From the UHGV virus genome UHGV-0231053: a stretch of 39,868 nucleotides of DNA; one strand, 5' to 3'. Position 1 is the stretch's first letter. The number at the start of each line of letters is the position of its first letter. Source of the stretch: a virus. The notes beneath the pieces are model-generated. The model was not told where the DNA came from and made no database searches. It saw only the letters and a list, made by a program, of their open reading frames with translations. The translations under genes were made by a program, and so were the position numbers. Shown here piece after piece: positions 25,276-33,751 of the stretch.

Positions 25276-26524
25276 TGCTTCCCGTTGGCTGCTTTACGAC
25301 GAGATCGCCATGGACACCCGGAAAACGCTGTGGTTTGTGGCGGACGCCCAGGATGTGACAGCCCTAGACAACCAGAACGCCGTTTGCCTTGCCTACGGAG
25401 CGGGCTTTGAGAACTTCCGGGATGCGGAGCCGTTTCTGAGTGCCTTCCCATCTGTGTTCCTGGCTTTATCTGACCGGGAGACGGCGGAAGCTGTGGCGGA
25501 CGCCCTCAAAGAATACGCGCCATCTGTGGCCGTGCTGCTGCCGAAGGAAGGGGCCTTCGGGAGATGTTCCCGTATCCGGGACGTGCTGGCTTCCGGCGGG
25601 AGAAAGGCCGTGGATCATCTGTTGCTGGGCGCCGTGGAACAGCCCATGGACGGACTGCTGGACCTGGCGGACGTGGAGCGGAGGGACCCCGGCGCATCCG
25701 TCGCCGTCATGTCCGGTCTAAAAGCACTGGACCAGTCCATCGGAGGCTTTGCCCCATCGGAGCTGTCCGTGTGGACTGGAAAGCGCGGCAGCGGCAAGTC
25801 CACGCTGCTGTCCCAGCTGCTTCTAAACGCCATCGACCAGGGATTCCCGGTCTGCGCCTACTCCGGGGAGCTGTCGGCCTGGCGCTTCAAGCAGTGGGCT
25901 ATGCTGCAGGCCGCCGGGGCCGGGCATATCGAGCCGAAGCGGGACCCGGTGTCCGGGAAGCTGTATTACTACACGCCGAAGGAGATCGCGGACCGGATCG
26001 ACGGTTGGTGGAAGGGAAAGTTTTTCCTGTACGACAACCGGGTGGCTGGTGCTGGGGACGAGGACAGTATCATTTCCGTGTTCGAGTATGCCGTCCGCCG
26101 GTTCGGCTGCTGTGTATTCCTTGTGGACAATCTGATGACCGCCCGATTCAGCGACCAGAGCGACAAAGATTTTTACCGGGCACAGAGCCGGTTTACGGGG
26201 CGGTTGGTGGAGTTCGCCAAAAAAAACGAGGTGCACGTGCATCTGGTAGCACACCCCCGGAAGGGCGACAACGACAAAAAGAAGCTGCTGACCGCGGACG
26301 ACATCGGCGGGTCGGCGGACATCACAAACCGGGCGGACAACGCCTTTTCGCTGGAACGGATGGAAGAAAAGGACATCGCGGCCTATGGGTATGACGCCGG
26401 GCTGAGCATCCTGAAGAACCGGTCCTACGGCTCCACAGCCAACATACAGCTGGTCTATGATGCCCGGTGCCGCCGGTACACAAAGAAGGGAGAAAGCGAT
26501 GGAGTCTATGGCTGGGAACGCTGA
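25229..26524 (+). CDS. SF4 (DnaB/T7 gp4-like) replicative helicase with a degenerate TOPRIM-like N-terminus
   Basis: GKRGSGKS Walker A, FLVDNL Walker B, LVAHPRK, GSADITNRAD, KNR; true start may be TTG 25259. Confidence 0.88.
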   Translation: MNHPKEEKIHLPSLPDASRWLLYDEIAMDTRKTLWFVADAQDVTALDNQNAVCLAYGAGFENFRDAEPFLSAFPSVFLALSDRETAEAVADALKEYAPSVAVLLPKEGAFGRCSRIRDVLASGGRKAVDHLLLGAVEQPMDGLLDLADVERRDPGASVAVMSGLKALDQSIGGFAPSELSVWTGKRGSGKSTLLSQLLLNAIDQGFPVCAYSGELSAWRFKQWAMLQAAGAGHIEPKRDPVSGKLYYYTPKEIADRIDGWWKGKFFLYDNRVAGAGDEDSIISVFEYAVRRFGCCVFLVDNLMTARFSDQSDKDFYRAQSRFTGRLVEFAKKNEVHVHLVAHPRKGDNDKKKLLTADDIGGSADITNRADNAFSLERMEEKDIAAYGYDAGLSILKNRSYGSTANIQLVYDARCRRYTKKGESDGVYGWER

Positions 26525-26624
26525 CTGGGCCGCCTATGAGCGGGAGAAGAAAAAGCTCCAAGGACTGCCGCCCGAGGAATATGAGGCGGCCTTGAAGGAG
26601 CTGGCAAGGAGGATGGGGATTTGA
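26499..26624 (+). CDS. Small hypothetical protein (41 aa)
   Basis: MESMAGNADWAAYEREKKKLQGLPPEEYEAALKELARRMGI*; bridges helicase and resolvase genes. Confidence 0.55.
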   Translation: MESMAGNADWAAYEREKKKLQGLPPEEYEAALKELARRMGI

Positions 26625-27001
26625 TTTTTGAAATTCCGTATCCGCACATCAAGGGGGGAAAAGCGGACTGGAACAAGCGGTTTGGCCTGAATGCGTATTA
26701 TGCCGGGAAACATTGGTCACAGCGGAAAAAGGACGCGGAGGAACTCCACTCTCTGGCGCTGTGGTCTATGAAAAAGGCGCATATCCGGAAACAGTTCGTC
26801 AAAGGCCCTGTCGAAGTCATTTTCCGCTGGAACGATGGGCTTGATGTGGACAACCACGCCGTCATGGGCAAGGCATTTTTAGACGCCATGAAAGGCTACA
26901 TACTGCCAGACGATAACCGGGAATGGGTGCGGAAAGTTTCTCACGAATTTTGGGAAAACGAGAGTATACAGGTGGAGGTAAGGCCCTATGGGCGAACTTG
27001 A
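26621..27001 (+). CDS. RusA-like Holliday junction resolvase
   Basis: LDVDN..KAFLDAM..LPDDN motif. Confidence 0.75.
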   Translation: MIFEIPYPHIKGGKADWNKRFGLNAYYAGKHWSQRKKDAEELHSLALWSMKKAHIRKQFVKGPVEVIFRWNDGLDVDNHAVMGKAFLDAMKGYILPDDNREWVRKVSHEFWENESIQVEVRPYGRT

Positions 27002-27242
27002 ACAATACCTGGTCCCCATCCGCCGTTACTCTGCTAACCCCTGCATGGATTGCTGCTTCCCAATCAGCAAGTGTCCATGGCTGCGCGAGGGAAAGCCAGT
27101 ACCGGGCTGGACGGCCAAGAAACGGACGTTTGTTGTCGGCAGATGCCAGGGCGGCGTAAAGCATTGGGTGACTACATACGCCATCGAGCGCTGCCCGCTG
27201 GAACAAGGTAAAGGGAAGAAGGAAGAGCAGTGGAGGAAATAA
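26988..27242 (+). CDS. Cys-rich hypothetical protein
   Basis: CMDC..CPW..PVPGWTA..CP; GGAGG RBS. Confidence 0.65.
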   Translation: MGELEQYLVPIRRYSANPCMDCCFPISKCPWLREGKPVPGWTAKKRTFVVGRCQGGVKHWVTTYAIERCPLEQGKGKKEEQWRK

Positions 27243-28306
27243 CGCTTTTTCAGGAGAAAAAAATCAGTGAGATCAAGCTAGATATCTATGGTGTACCTGA
27301 TTTATCTAACTGGCCGCAGATTTTTGAAATCCAAAACACAGCACAGAAATGCTACTACACTATAAAGCAGCACGAGAAGGTCATGTGCTCGGTTTCTGGG
27401 GGCTATGACAGCGATATTGTTCTGGACTTGGTCATTCGGTGTGGAGGCCGGGCTAAAACAACATTTGTGTTTAACGACACAGGTCTGGAATATGACGCTA
27501 CGAAAGAGCATTTGATGCGCCTCAAAGAGCGTTATGGCATCCAGATCAAGCGACTTTTTCCCCAAAAGGCAATCCCGAGTTGTTGCCGAGATTATGGGGT
27601 TCCGTTCTGGTCCAAGTATGTGTCCAGCATGATTTATCGGCTCCAGAAACACGTGTTCCAATGGGAGGATAAGCCGCTGGAAGTGTTGCTCGACAGATAT
27701 CCTGGATGCCGCTCAGCGCTCAGGTGGTGGTGCAATGATTTCAAGACAGCTAACGGGAGAGAATCTAGGTTTAACATTGCGTATGTCAAAGGTCTGAAGG
27801 AGTTTATCCGGCAGAACCCACCAGATTTTAGGATTTCAGCCAAGTGCTGCGAGTATTCAAAAAAGGTGCCCGCACACAAGGAACTTTTAATTGGAGATTA
27901 CGACCTTAACATCACTGGTATCCGTAAAAAAGAGGGTGGAACACGGAGCAGCGCCTATAAATCGTGTTATGACGAGATTTTTTGTGGCCCCGACAACTAC
28001 CGCCCAATCTTTTGGTGGGGAGATGCGGAAAAAGAGGCATATCGGAAATGGGCCGGAATCATCAGGTCAGACTGCTACGAATTGTGGGGTATGAAGCGTA
28101 CAGGTTGTGCTGGCTGCCCGTTTGGAAAAGATTTTGAACAGGAGATTGATCTTGTCCATGAGTTTGAACCCAAGCGGTATAGAGCAATGGAGGCTGTCTT
28201 CGGGCAGTCATACGAGTACACAAGGCAGTTTTTAGCCTATAGGGAACAGATGAAAAGCCTGCAAAGAAATGCCGATCAAATAAGGCTGGAGGGATTTTAT
28301 GAATGA
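27230..28306 (+). CDS. PAPS-reductase-family (PP-loop) protein
   Basis: SVSGGYDS, DTGLE, CC..KK, GIRKKEG..R, RTGCAGCPF. Confidence 0.85.
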   Translation: MEEITLFQEKKISEIKLDIYGVPDLSNWPQIFEIQNTAQKCYYTIKQHEKVMCSVSGGYDSDIVLDLVIRCGGRAKTTFVFNDTGLEYDATKEHLMRLKERYGIQIKRLFPQKAIPSCCRDYGVPFWSKYVSSMIYRLQKHVFQWEDKPLEVLLDRYPGCRSALRWWCNDFKTANGRESRFNIAYVKGLKEFIRQNPPDFRISAKCCEYSKKVPAHKELLIGDYDLNITGIRKKEGGTRSSAYKSCYDEIFCGPDNYRPIFWWGDAEKEAYRKWAGIIRSDCYELWGMKRTGCAGCPFGKDFEQEIDLVHEFEPKRYRAMEAVFGQSYEYTRQFLAYREQMKSLQRNADQIRLEGFYE

Positions 28307-28628
28307 TGTCAAGCGCGCCCTGCTGGGCGACCACGAGGCGGCGAAGCGGCTGACGGATGCAGGGGTGCTGCTGCCGTGCCCGTTCTGCGGCGGAGAAGTC
28401 TACGAAAACCAATGGGTAGATTGCAAATATGAGAGCATCCGAGTTGTCATGCAATGCAAGAGGTGTACCGTACAAACGCCGATTTCTGTCAGTGTTAGGC
28501 GCGCCCGCCTTGCCTGGAACACCCGCGCGCCGATTCTGAGCGCGGAGGAGATGGAGATGCTGGAGGGGATCAAGATGGAAGTGGAGATGGTGATGAAAAG
28601 GATGGAGGTCCTGAACGATGCGGATTGA
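28299..28628 (+). CDS. Lar-family restriction alleviation-like protein
   Basis: LLPCPFCGG..CKRC..AWNTR. Confidence 0.75.
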   Translation: MNDVKRALLGDHEAAKRLTDAGVLLPCPFCGGEVYENQWVDCKYESIRVVMQCKRCTVQTPISVSVRRARLAWNTRAPILSAEEMEMLEGIKMEVEMVMKRMEVLNDAD

Positions 28629-28863
28629 GCGCAATCGCTATGTGGTCATGCGGAAAAACAGAACAGAGGTCTGGTGCGGTCTAGCAAAGCATTTTAGTTT
28701 TCGCCCCATATCGGAAATAAAAGACGTTTCCGTCAAGACCTATCGTTCTGAGGCGCAGGCTAGAAGCGGCTGTTCTTCGTGGGACAGAGATTTTGAGGTC
28801 GTTCCGGTAATTGAGACGATTGCGACTGAGGAGGTGCTGAAAGATGGAAGTACGACCGATTGA
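28618..28863 (+). CDS. Hypothetical protein
   Basis: GGAGG RBS, overlapping gene chain. Confidence 0.65.
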   Translation: MRIERNRYVVMRKNRTEVWCGLAKHFSFRPISEIKDVSVKTYRSEAQARSGCSSWDRDFEVVPVIETIATEEVLKDGSTTD

Positions 28864-29206
28864 CGGAAATATACTACGGAAATGGTGCGAAAAGATAATT
28901 GACCAAGCGTGCCATCCAGCAACCGTGCAGATCGGGGAGGTATTCCTGGACAAGGTACGCTCTATGCCCACCCTCACCCTGCCGAACGAGTGGGTGAGCG
29001 CGGAAAATGCCATGCCGGCAGAACATAAGTCCGTGTTGTGTATCGTGAGCGGGAAGCCGAGGCCGAACATCACACTGGAGGAGGCGTATCAGCTTGGATC
29101 GTGGAATAAGGCTGACGGCTGGATCATCGATGAATATCTGGACTGGGAAGATGCTGTTGTCTTGTGGTGGATGCCCCTTCCGGAGCCGCCGGGAAAGGAG
29201 GGGTGA
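28844..29206 (+). CDS. DUF551-like protein
   Basis: WVSAENAMP..WMPLPEPP. Confidence 0.75.
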   Translation: MEVRPIDGNILRKWCEKIIDQACHPATVQIGEVFLDKVRSMPTLTLPNEWVSAENAMPAEHKSVLCIVSGKPRPNITLEEAYQLGSWNKADGWIIDEYLDWEDAVVLWWMPLPEPPGKEG

Positions 29207-29208
29207 GG

Positions 29209-29553
29209 ATGGACGTGAAAGAGGCAATCACTCAACTTACAGGACTGAAGAAATATTGTGAAGGGATGGCGGAATGCGACGAATCTGGAAGCTATGTTTT
29301 TGACCTTGATGTTCAGGCGCTTGATATGGCAATCACCGCACTGTCCCCGCCGAACGAGCCGCTAACCATCGAGCAGCTGCGGGAGATGGGAGGACAACCG
29401 TATTGGCATGTTGGGTTACGGGAAGAAAGTCCTCCGCCACATTGGAATATCCTTGATCCGTTTTATGCAAAGCATATCGAGGATTACAGATACGGCGAGA
29501 ACTGGCTCGCCTACCGCCGCCCGCCGGAGGGAGAGGAGGATGCCAATGCTTGA
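29209..29553 (+). CDS. Hypothetical protein
   Basis: EPLTIEQLREM..YGENWLAYRRPP; RBS. Confidence 0.7.
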   Translation: MDVKEAITQLTGLKKYCEGMAECDESGSYVFDLDVQALDMAITALSPPNEPLTIEQLREMGGQPYWHVGLREESPPPHWNILDPFYAKHIEDYRYGENWLAYRRPPEGEEDANA

Positions 29554-29971
29554 ATGCTACAATTTTGAGGAGTGCGAATACAATGCGCAGCCAAAGTGCT
29601 GCCTGCCTAATGGAATGGAGTGCCCGCATGGCGTGAAGGCCCATAAACCAACCAACGCCGACCACGAGAAGCTGATTGAGCGGTTAAAGAACGCCGCAGG
29701 AGGACCAGAAGACATTAAGATGTGCCAAGACGCCGCCACCGCCCTCTCCACGCTCCAGGCCGAAAACGAGAAGCTGCGGGCCGAGTTGGAACAGGTGAAG
29801 CGGTGTATCGAAATTGTAGAAAATCAAAGAGACTCTGCAATCAAGGAACTAGAAAATTATATGGTACAAGATGTTTTAGACGGAAATGAGCCGTGCGCAA
29901 TCTGTGCGAAAGCATCCGATACGCCATGCGAATATTGCAATCCAAAGTGGCGCGGCCAGAAGGAGGACTGA
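29540..29971 (+). CDS. Hypothetical protein (Cys clusters plus coiled coil)
   Basis: GAGGAGG RBS; ENEKLRAELE; CAIC..CEYC. Confidence 0.65.
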   Translation: MPMLECYNFEECEYNAQPKCCLPNGMECPHGVKAHKPTNADHEKLIERLKNAAGGPEDIKMCQDAATALSTLQAENEKLRAELEQVKRCIEIVENQRDSAIKELENYMVQDVLDGNEPCAICAKASDTPCEYCNPKWRGQKED

Positions 29972-29973
29972 AT

Positions 29974-30543
29974 ATGAAAATAACAATTGATATGGAAAAT
30001 TTGCAAAGTATTATCGAGGAATCCGCAAAAATCAATACAAAAAACGCCGTCGAGCAGGCAATTATGGACGTTGCTCACGCAAAAGTTGATTCTGTTCTTT
30101 GCGGCAAAATTGAGGGAATTGTTAACGATTCGATTGTTGGATATGTCAACAACTATCTTAAAACAACAAAGATTCACATTGGCGGAGGCTGGAACAGCGA
30201 CAATGTTGAAGAATACACAGCCGAAGAATATCTCAAAAAGCAAATCAAAGACGTGTTTGAGAGTCAGTCCTTTACTGTGAAGCAGAAAGATAGATGGGGT
30301 AGTATGAAAGAAGAAAAAGTGTCTTTCCAAGAATATCTCCAGAATTATCTTAACATTGAGGCGGAAGTAAAACCGTATATGGACAAGATGGCAAAGTGCA
30401 TCAGGGACGATGTAAACAAGAAGGTAAAGACCCTGTTTGATGATGCCATGAGATCTACACTTGCAGAAAATGTCTTTGCGATTGTATCTGCGTCCGATAC
30501 ATATCGTTCCGTCAGTAACAGCTTAAAGATGTTGGGGAATTGA
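29974..30543 (+). CDS. Hypothetical protein (AT-rich)
   Basis: AGGAGG RBS; 189 aa ORF. Confidence 0.7.
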   Translation: MKITIDMENLQSIIEESAKINTKNAVEQAIMDVAHAKVDSVLCGKIEGIVNDSIVGYVNNYLKTTKIHIGGGWNSDNVEEYTAEEYLKKQIKDVFESQSFTVKQKDRWGSMKEEKVSFQEYLQNYLNIEAEVKPYMDKMAKCIRDDVNKKVKTLFDDAMRSTLAENVFAIVSASDTYRSVSNSLKMLGN

Positions 30544-30544
30544 G

Positions 30545-30700
30545 ATGGATGAGTTTGAAAACAGTTGGGAAAATTGCGAATACTGCGAAGAAACATACAA
30601 AGAGTGGGATACTGGATATACGGAGTATGGATGTTCGCTTTTTGGTGGGGAATGCGTAGAGTGTTGCCCACTGTCATTCAAATACAAGGTGGAGGACTGA
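30545..30700 (+). CDS. Small Cys-rich acidic protein (51 aa)
   Basis: MDEFENSWENCEYCEE...ECVECCPLSFKYKVED*; fills the gap exactly. Confidence 0.55.
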   Translation: MDEFENSWENCEYCEETYKEWDTGYTEYGCSLFGGECVECCPLSFKYKVED

Positions 30701-30701
30701 C

Positions 30702-31181
30702 ATGAAGCGGTTGACATACTTTGACGGCGGGAAATGGCGGCTCAAAATTGGCGACAAAGAATATTCCGGGGCGTGGGTTGACCGCCTCGCTGCCTACGAG
30801 GACACGGGCCTGGAGCCGGAAGAGATAGGAGCACTTAAATCTCGTGAGAAAGGCCTTGTGGAGCTTTTGAATGGTGTGTCCTGCGGTTGCGCTGTAACAT
30901 ATACCCGCCTCCGCGAACTGGCCCAGGCGGATCGTGAGGGGCGGTGCGTGGTGTTACCGTGCAAGCCGTCTGATGTGACCGTCTATCAACTGCGCAACAA
31001 AAAGCACGCCCGGGGCGTTGGTGTCAGTCTCCGCCATATTGCCTGCGCTACGGTGTGGGCTGGCGGGGGCTATGCCCTCCACCATCAGGGGCAAGATGAC
31101 TGCCTAGACCGCGATTTCAGTAAAACATGGTTTCTAACTCGTGAAGAAGCCGAGGCCGCACTACGGAGGGAGCAGGAATGA
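30702..31181 (+). CDS. Hypothetical protein
   Basis: MKRLT..RLAAYEDTGLEPEE..GRCVVLPC..FLTREEAEAAL, a common Clostridial phage pattern. Confidence 0.75.
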   Translation: MKRLTYFDGGKWRLKIGDKEYSGAWVDRLAAYEDTGLEPEEIGALKSREKGLVELLNGVSCGCAVTYTRLRELAQADREGRCVVLPCKPSDVTVYQLRNKKHARGVGVSLRHIACATVWAGGGYALHHQGQDDCLDRDFSKTWFLTREEAEAALRREQE

Positions 31182-31483
31182 AGGAGTACATCGAGAGGGC
31201 GGAAGCACTCGACATCTGCCAGAAAGAATATGAAGATCGGCTTAGAATGGCAGACTATTGCGGCGATACTGTGGCTTTGGATATTGGCGGAGTAATCAAA
31301 GGCATCCCCGCCGCCGACGTTGCGGAGGTGAGGCACGGGAGATGGATAGATGTTCGCGGGGAAAGCAGCGGCTTGAACTGGAAGTGCTCTCTGTGTGCAA
31401 AACGAGTATTACAAAAATCTCCATGCTGCCCCAACTGCGGCGCTCGCATGGACAAGGAGGACGAGCATGAAGTTTCGGAATAA
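31178..31483 (+). CDS. Zinc-ribbon hypothetical protein
   Basis: PAADVAEVRHGRW..CSLC..CPNCGARMD. Confidence 0.75.
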   Translation: MKEYIERAEALDICQKEYEDRLRMADYCGDTVALDIGGVIKGIPAADVAEVRHGRWIDVRGESSGLNWKCSLCAKRVLQKSPCCPNCGARMDKEDEHEVSE

Positions 31484-32225
31484 AACGGGCGAAGTCGCAC
31501 TTACCATTGAACAGGCATTAGCGCAGTTTTGCGATAGCAAAGAAGATTGCGACTATTGCGAGCTTCGGGAACCCGTGCAGCAATACGCAGGGACAAAGAG
31601 GCCGTGTCATGAATACGTAAGAGCCAACCCTCACGAAGCCGCCCGACTGATGGGATACGAGGTGGTGGAGGATGATATGTTGGAGCCAACAAAACATAAG
31701 GAGGAGGCCAACACGGCCAACGCCGTAGAAGGTATGTGCTGCGACTGTGCTCACGGCGGACCCTGCTGCTCTTGGGACGAGAACGAGAATTGCCAGCACA
31801 AGAAAGAGGACGGCACTTGCTGGGTGCCATATACGAAGGAGGAGGCCAACATGGACAAGCCGAGAATTTGTGAGGTGCTGGGGGTCGAAGTGGGAGAGCA
31901 CTTCAAGATTAAAGGATACAAAGGCGAATATCACATCAATGGTTGCGGTGTCCTAAAATGGGGCGGCCAAACGAGTGATGATGCAATTTACGAAGCCATC
32001 AACCACCCCGACCGCATCATCCGCAAGCCCCGCTGGACGCAGCAGGAGGTGGAGAGGGCGAAGGCTATCAAGGTACTGTTTCCATGTGCGATAGCAATTA
32101 CAAAGGCACCATTTGGAAGCGTTTTTGTGTCTGGCGCTTCGCTGACATTGAGTACAGAATATTTCCCATCCATCCAGCCCGGCCAGTCCGTCACCCTTGA
32201 CGAGATCATCGGAGGTGCCCAATGA
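31467..32225 (+). CDS. Mosaic Cys-rich hypothetical protein
   Basis: AGGAGG RBS; internal repeated RBS-like junctions. Confidence 0.65.
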   Translation: MKFRNKTGEVALTIEQALAQFCDSKEDCDYCELREPVQQYAGTKRPCHEYVRANPHEAARLMGYEVVEDDMLEPTKHKEEANTANAVEGMCCDCAHGGPCCSWDENENCQHKKEDGTCWVPYTKEEANMDKPRICEVLGVEVGEHFKIKGYKGEYHINGCGVLKWGGQTSDDAIYEAINHPDRIIRKPRWTQQEVERAKAIKVLFPCAIAITKAPFGSVFVSGASLTLSTEYFPSIQPGQSVTLDEIIGGAQ

Positions 32226-32611
32226 GAGAAATCCTTTTCAAAGCCAAGCGGCTGGATAATGGAGAATGGGTGGAAGGGTATTACATAGGCCCAATAGGTG
32301 TGCTTGATGTACATGAGATTTGCGATGTTCATGATATTACAGGACCGCGTGTCGAAGTTGACCCCTCCACGGTCTGCGAGTGGACGGGGCTCATTGATAG
32401 GGACGGTACGAAGGTGTTTGAGGGGGACAGGCTGTTTGACCCACATGAAAAAAGAACTTTTGTGGTGGAGTACGATCCACTTGAAGCCGGATTCACCTTG
32501 GAAAGCAATGATGGACGGTATGTAGATTTTAACCGTGTGCCGTATAGTAAGATCATCGGCAACATCCACGACGGGGAGGGCGGACGGCATGAGGGGGCAG
32601 AGCATGACTGA
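32222..32611 (+). CDS. YopX family protein
   Basis: MREILFKAKR..WVEG..TGLID..FEGD..IGNIHD. Confidence 0.85.
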   Translation: MREILFKAKRLDNGEWVEGYYIGPIGVLDVHEICDVHDITGPRVEVDPSTVCEWTGLIDRDGTKVFEGDRLFDPHEKRTFVVEYDPLEAGFTLESNDGRYVDFNRVPYSKIIGNIHDGEGGRHEGAEHD

Positions 32612-32780
32612 AACCGAAGTAATCTCCATTGATCGTCACGGCCAGCGGAAGGAGTATCCATCGATCAAATCTGCAGCAGAGGATGTTGGTGTTCGCCCCT
32701 GCAGGATTTCCACCGCCTGCGTTACTGCCCACCGCTGCGCGGGACGCTATTGGATCAAGAAGGAGGATATGGATGGGTGA
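32604..32780 (+). CDS. Small NUMOD1-like HTH protein
   Basis: YPSIKSAAEDVG..ISTAC..AGRYW. Confidence 0.6.
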   Translation: MTETEVISIDRHGQRKEYPSIKSAAEDVGVRPCRISTACVTAHRCAGRYWIKKEDMDG

Positions 32781-32985
32781 GTTCCCGGAAAGGCTGAGAA
32801 AGTTGCGGGAGTCCATGCGGCCAGTTCGGAGTATGACAGTTACATCACAACTGATGGGGTTAAGCCCGGATGCGCTTCGGAAATATGAGCGAGGAGAGGT
32901 CGAACCGAAGATGACAGCTTTAAAATTGATTGCGGCATATTATCACATTAGTTTGGACGAGCTGTGTAAAATGGAGGACGAGTAA
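32773..32985 (+). CDS. XRE HTH regulator (candidate late regulator)
   Basis: FPERLRKLRE..LRKYERGEVEP..IAAYYHISLDEL; last gene before the packaging module. Confidence 0.82.
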   Translation: MGEFPERLRKLRESMRPVRSMTVTSQLMGLSPDALRKYERGEVEPKMTALKLIAAYYHISLDELCKMEDE

Positions 32986-33235
32986 CTCTTCATGGTCTCA
33001 CAAAGAATATCAGATATTCATAAAGTTTTATGAGCAAAAAGCGCCATCTATGCGACAATGGAGCATGAGGGAGTGACTTCCCCATGCTCCTTCTTTTTCC
33101 TCCCCTTTCGGGCTGTGACCAACCACGGCCCAAAGGACAACCCACTCCCCCGGCAGGGGTATCTAGTGAGATATAAAACAGATAGGAGGTTGCCTCTCTT
33201 GTGTGTTCCCTGCCGGGGGACTCCCTTCCAAATAT

Positions 33236-33295
33236 GCCGCAGCTCGATGCAGCCCACGATCAGGGCCGGAAGGTCGCACCTTCCATGCGGCACCA
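33236..33295 (+). ncRNA. 60-nt tRNA-like element lacking a D-arm
   Basis: GCCGCA/TGCGGC acceptor stem plus ACCA; GCCC-ACGATCA-GGGC arm; GGAAG-GTCGCAC-CTTCC T-like arm. Confidence 0.6.
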
Positions 33296-33364
33296 TAGGG
33301 CGTGCCCGTCTCGCTGAAAAGATGGGAGGGACGGGTATGGGGAATTTTTGATTGAGGTGGTGAT

Positions 33365-33751
33365 ATGCCGAATGAGCGAAACCTTATACCGATGGAAAAG
33401 AGAAGCCCGGAAGAAGCCCGAGAGATGGGGCGGAAAGGGGGCCGTGCATCCGGCGAAGCCCGCCGACGCAAGAAAAGCCTAAGAGAAGCGGCGGAATTGT
33501 ACCTCTCTCTGCCGGTTTCGGACAAGCGGAAGTGGAACAAGCTGTCAGAGGATGGTGTCCCGCCGGAAGATGTGAACAACCAGATGGCGATCATCGCCGG
33601 GCTGTCCATCAAGGCCGCTAAAGGAGACGCCAAGGCGGCAAAGGTGCTGTTTGACCTACTGCCCACCGATGGGGCAGACCCGCTGGAACAGGCGGAGGAC
33701 GATCCCATCACCAAGAGCTTGAAGGAGGAGGCGGAAAATGGCCTTCTCTGA
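33365..33751 (+). CDS. Terminase small subunit
   Basis: NLIP..EAREMGRKGGRASG..KAAKGD..KVLFDL; directly upstream of the large subunit. Confidence 0.8.
   Translation: MPNERNLIPMEKRSPEEAREMGRKGGRASGEARRRKKSLREAAELYLSLPVSDKRKWNKLSEDGVPPEDVNNQMAIIAGLSIKAAKGDAKAAKVLFDLLPTDGADPLEQAEDDPITKSLKEEAENGLL

Noticed and set aside
33058..33351. 97-aa ORF upstream of terS
   Set aside because: No RBS, atypical composition; region better explained by RNA structure
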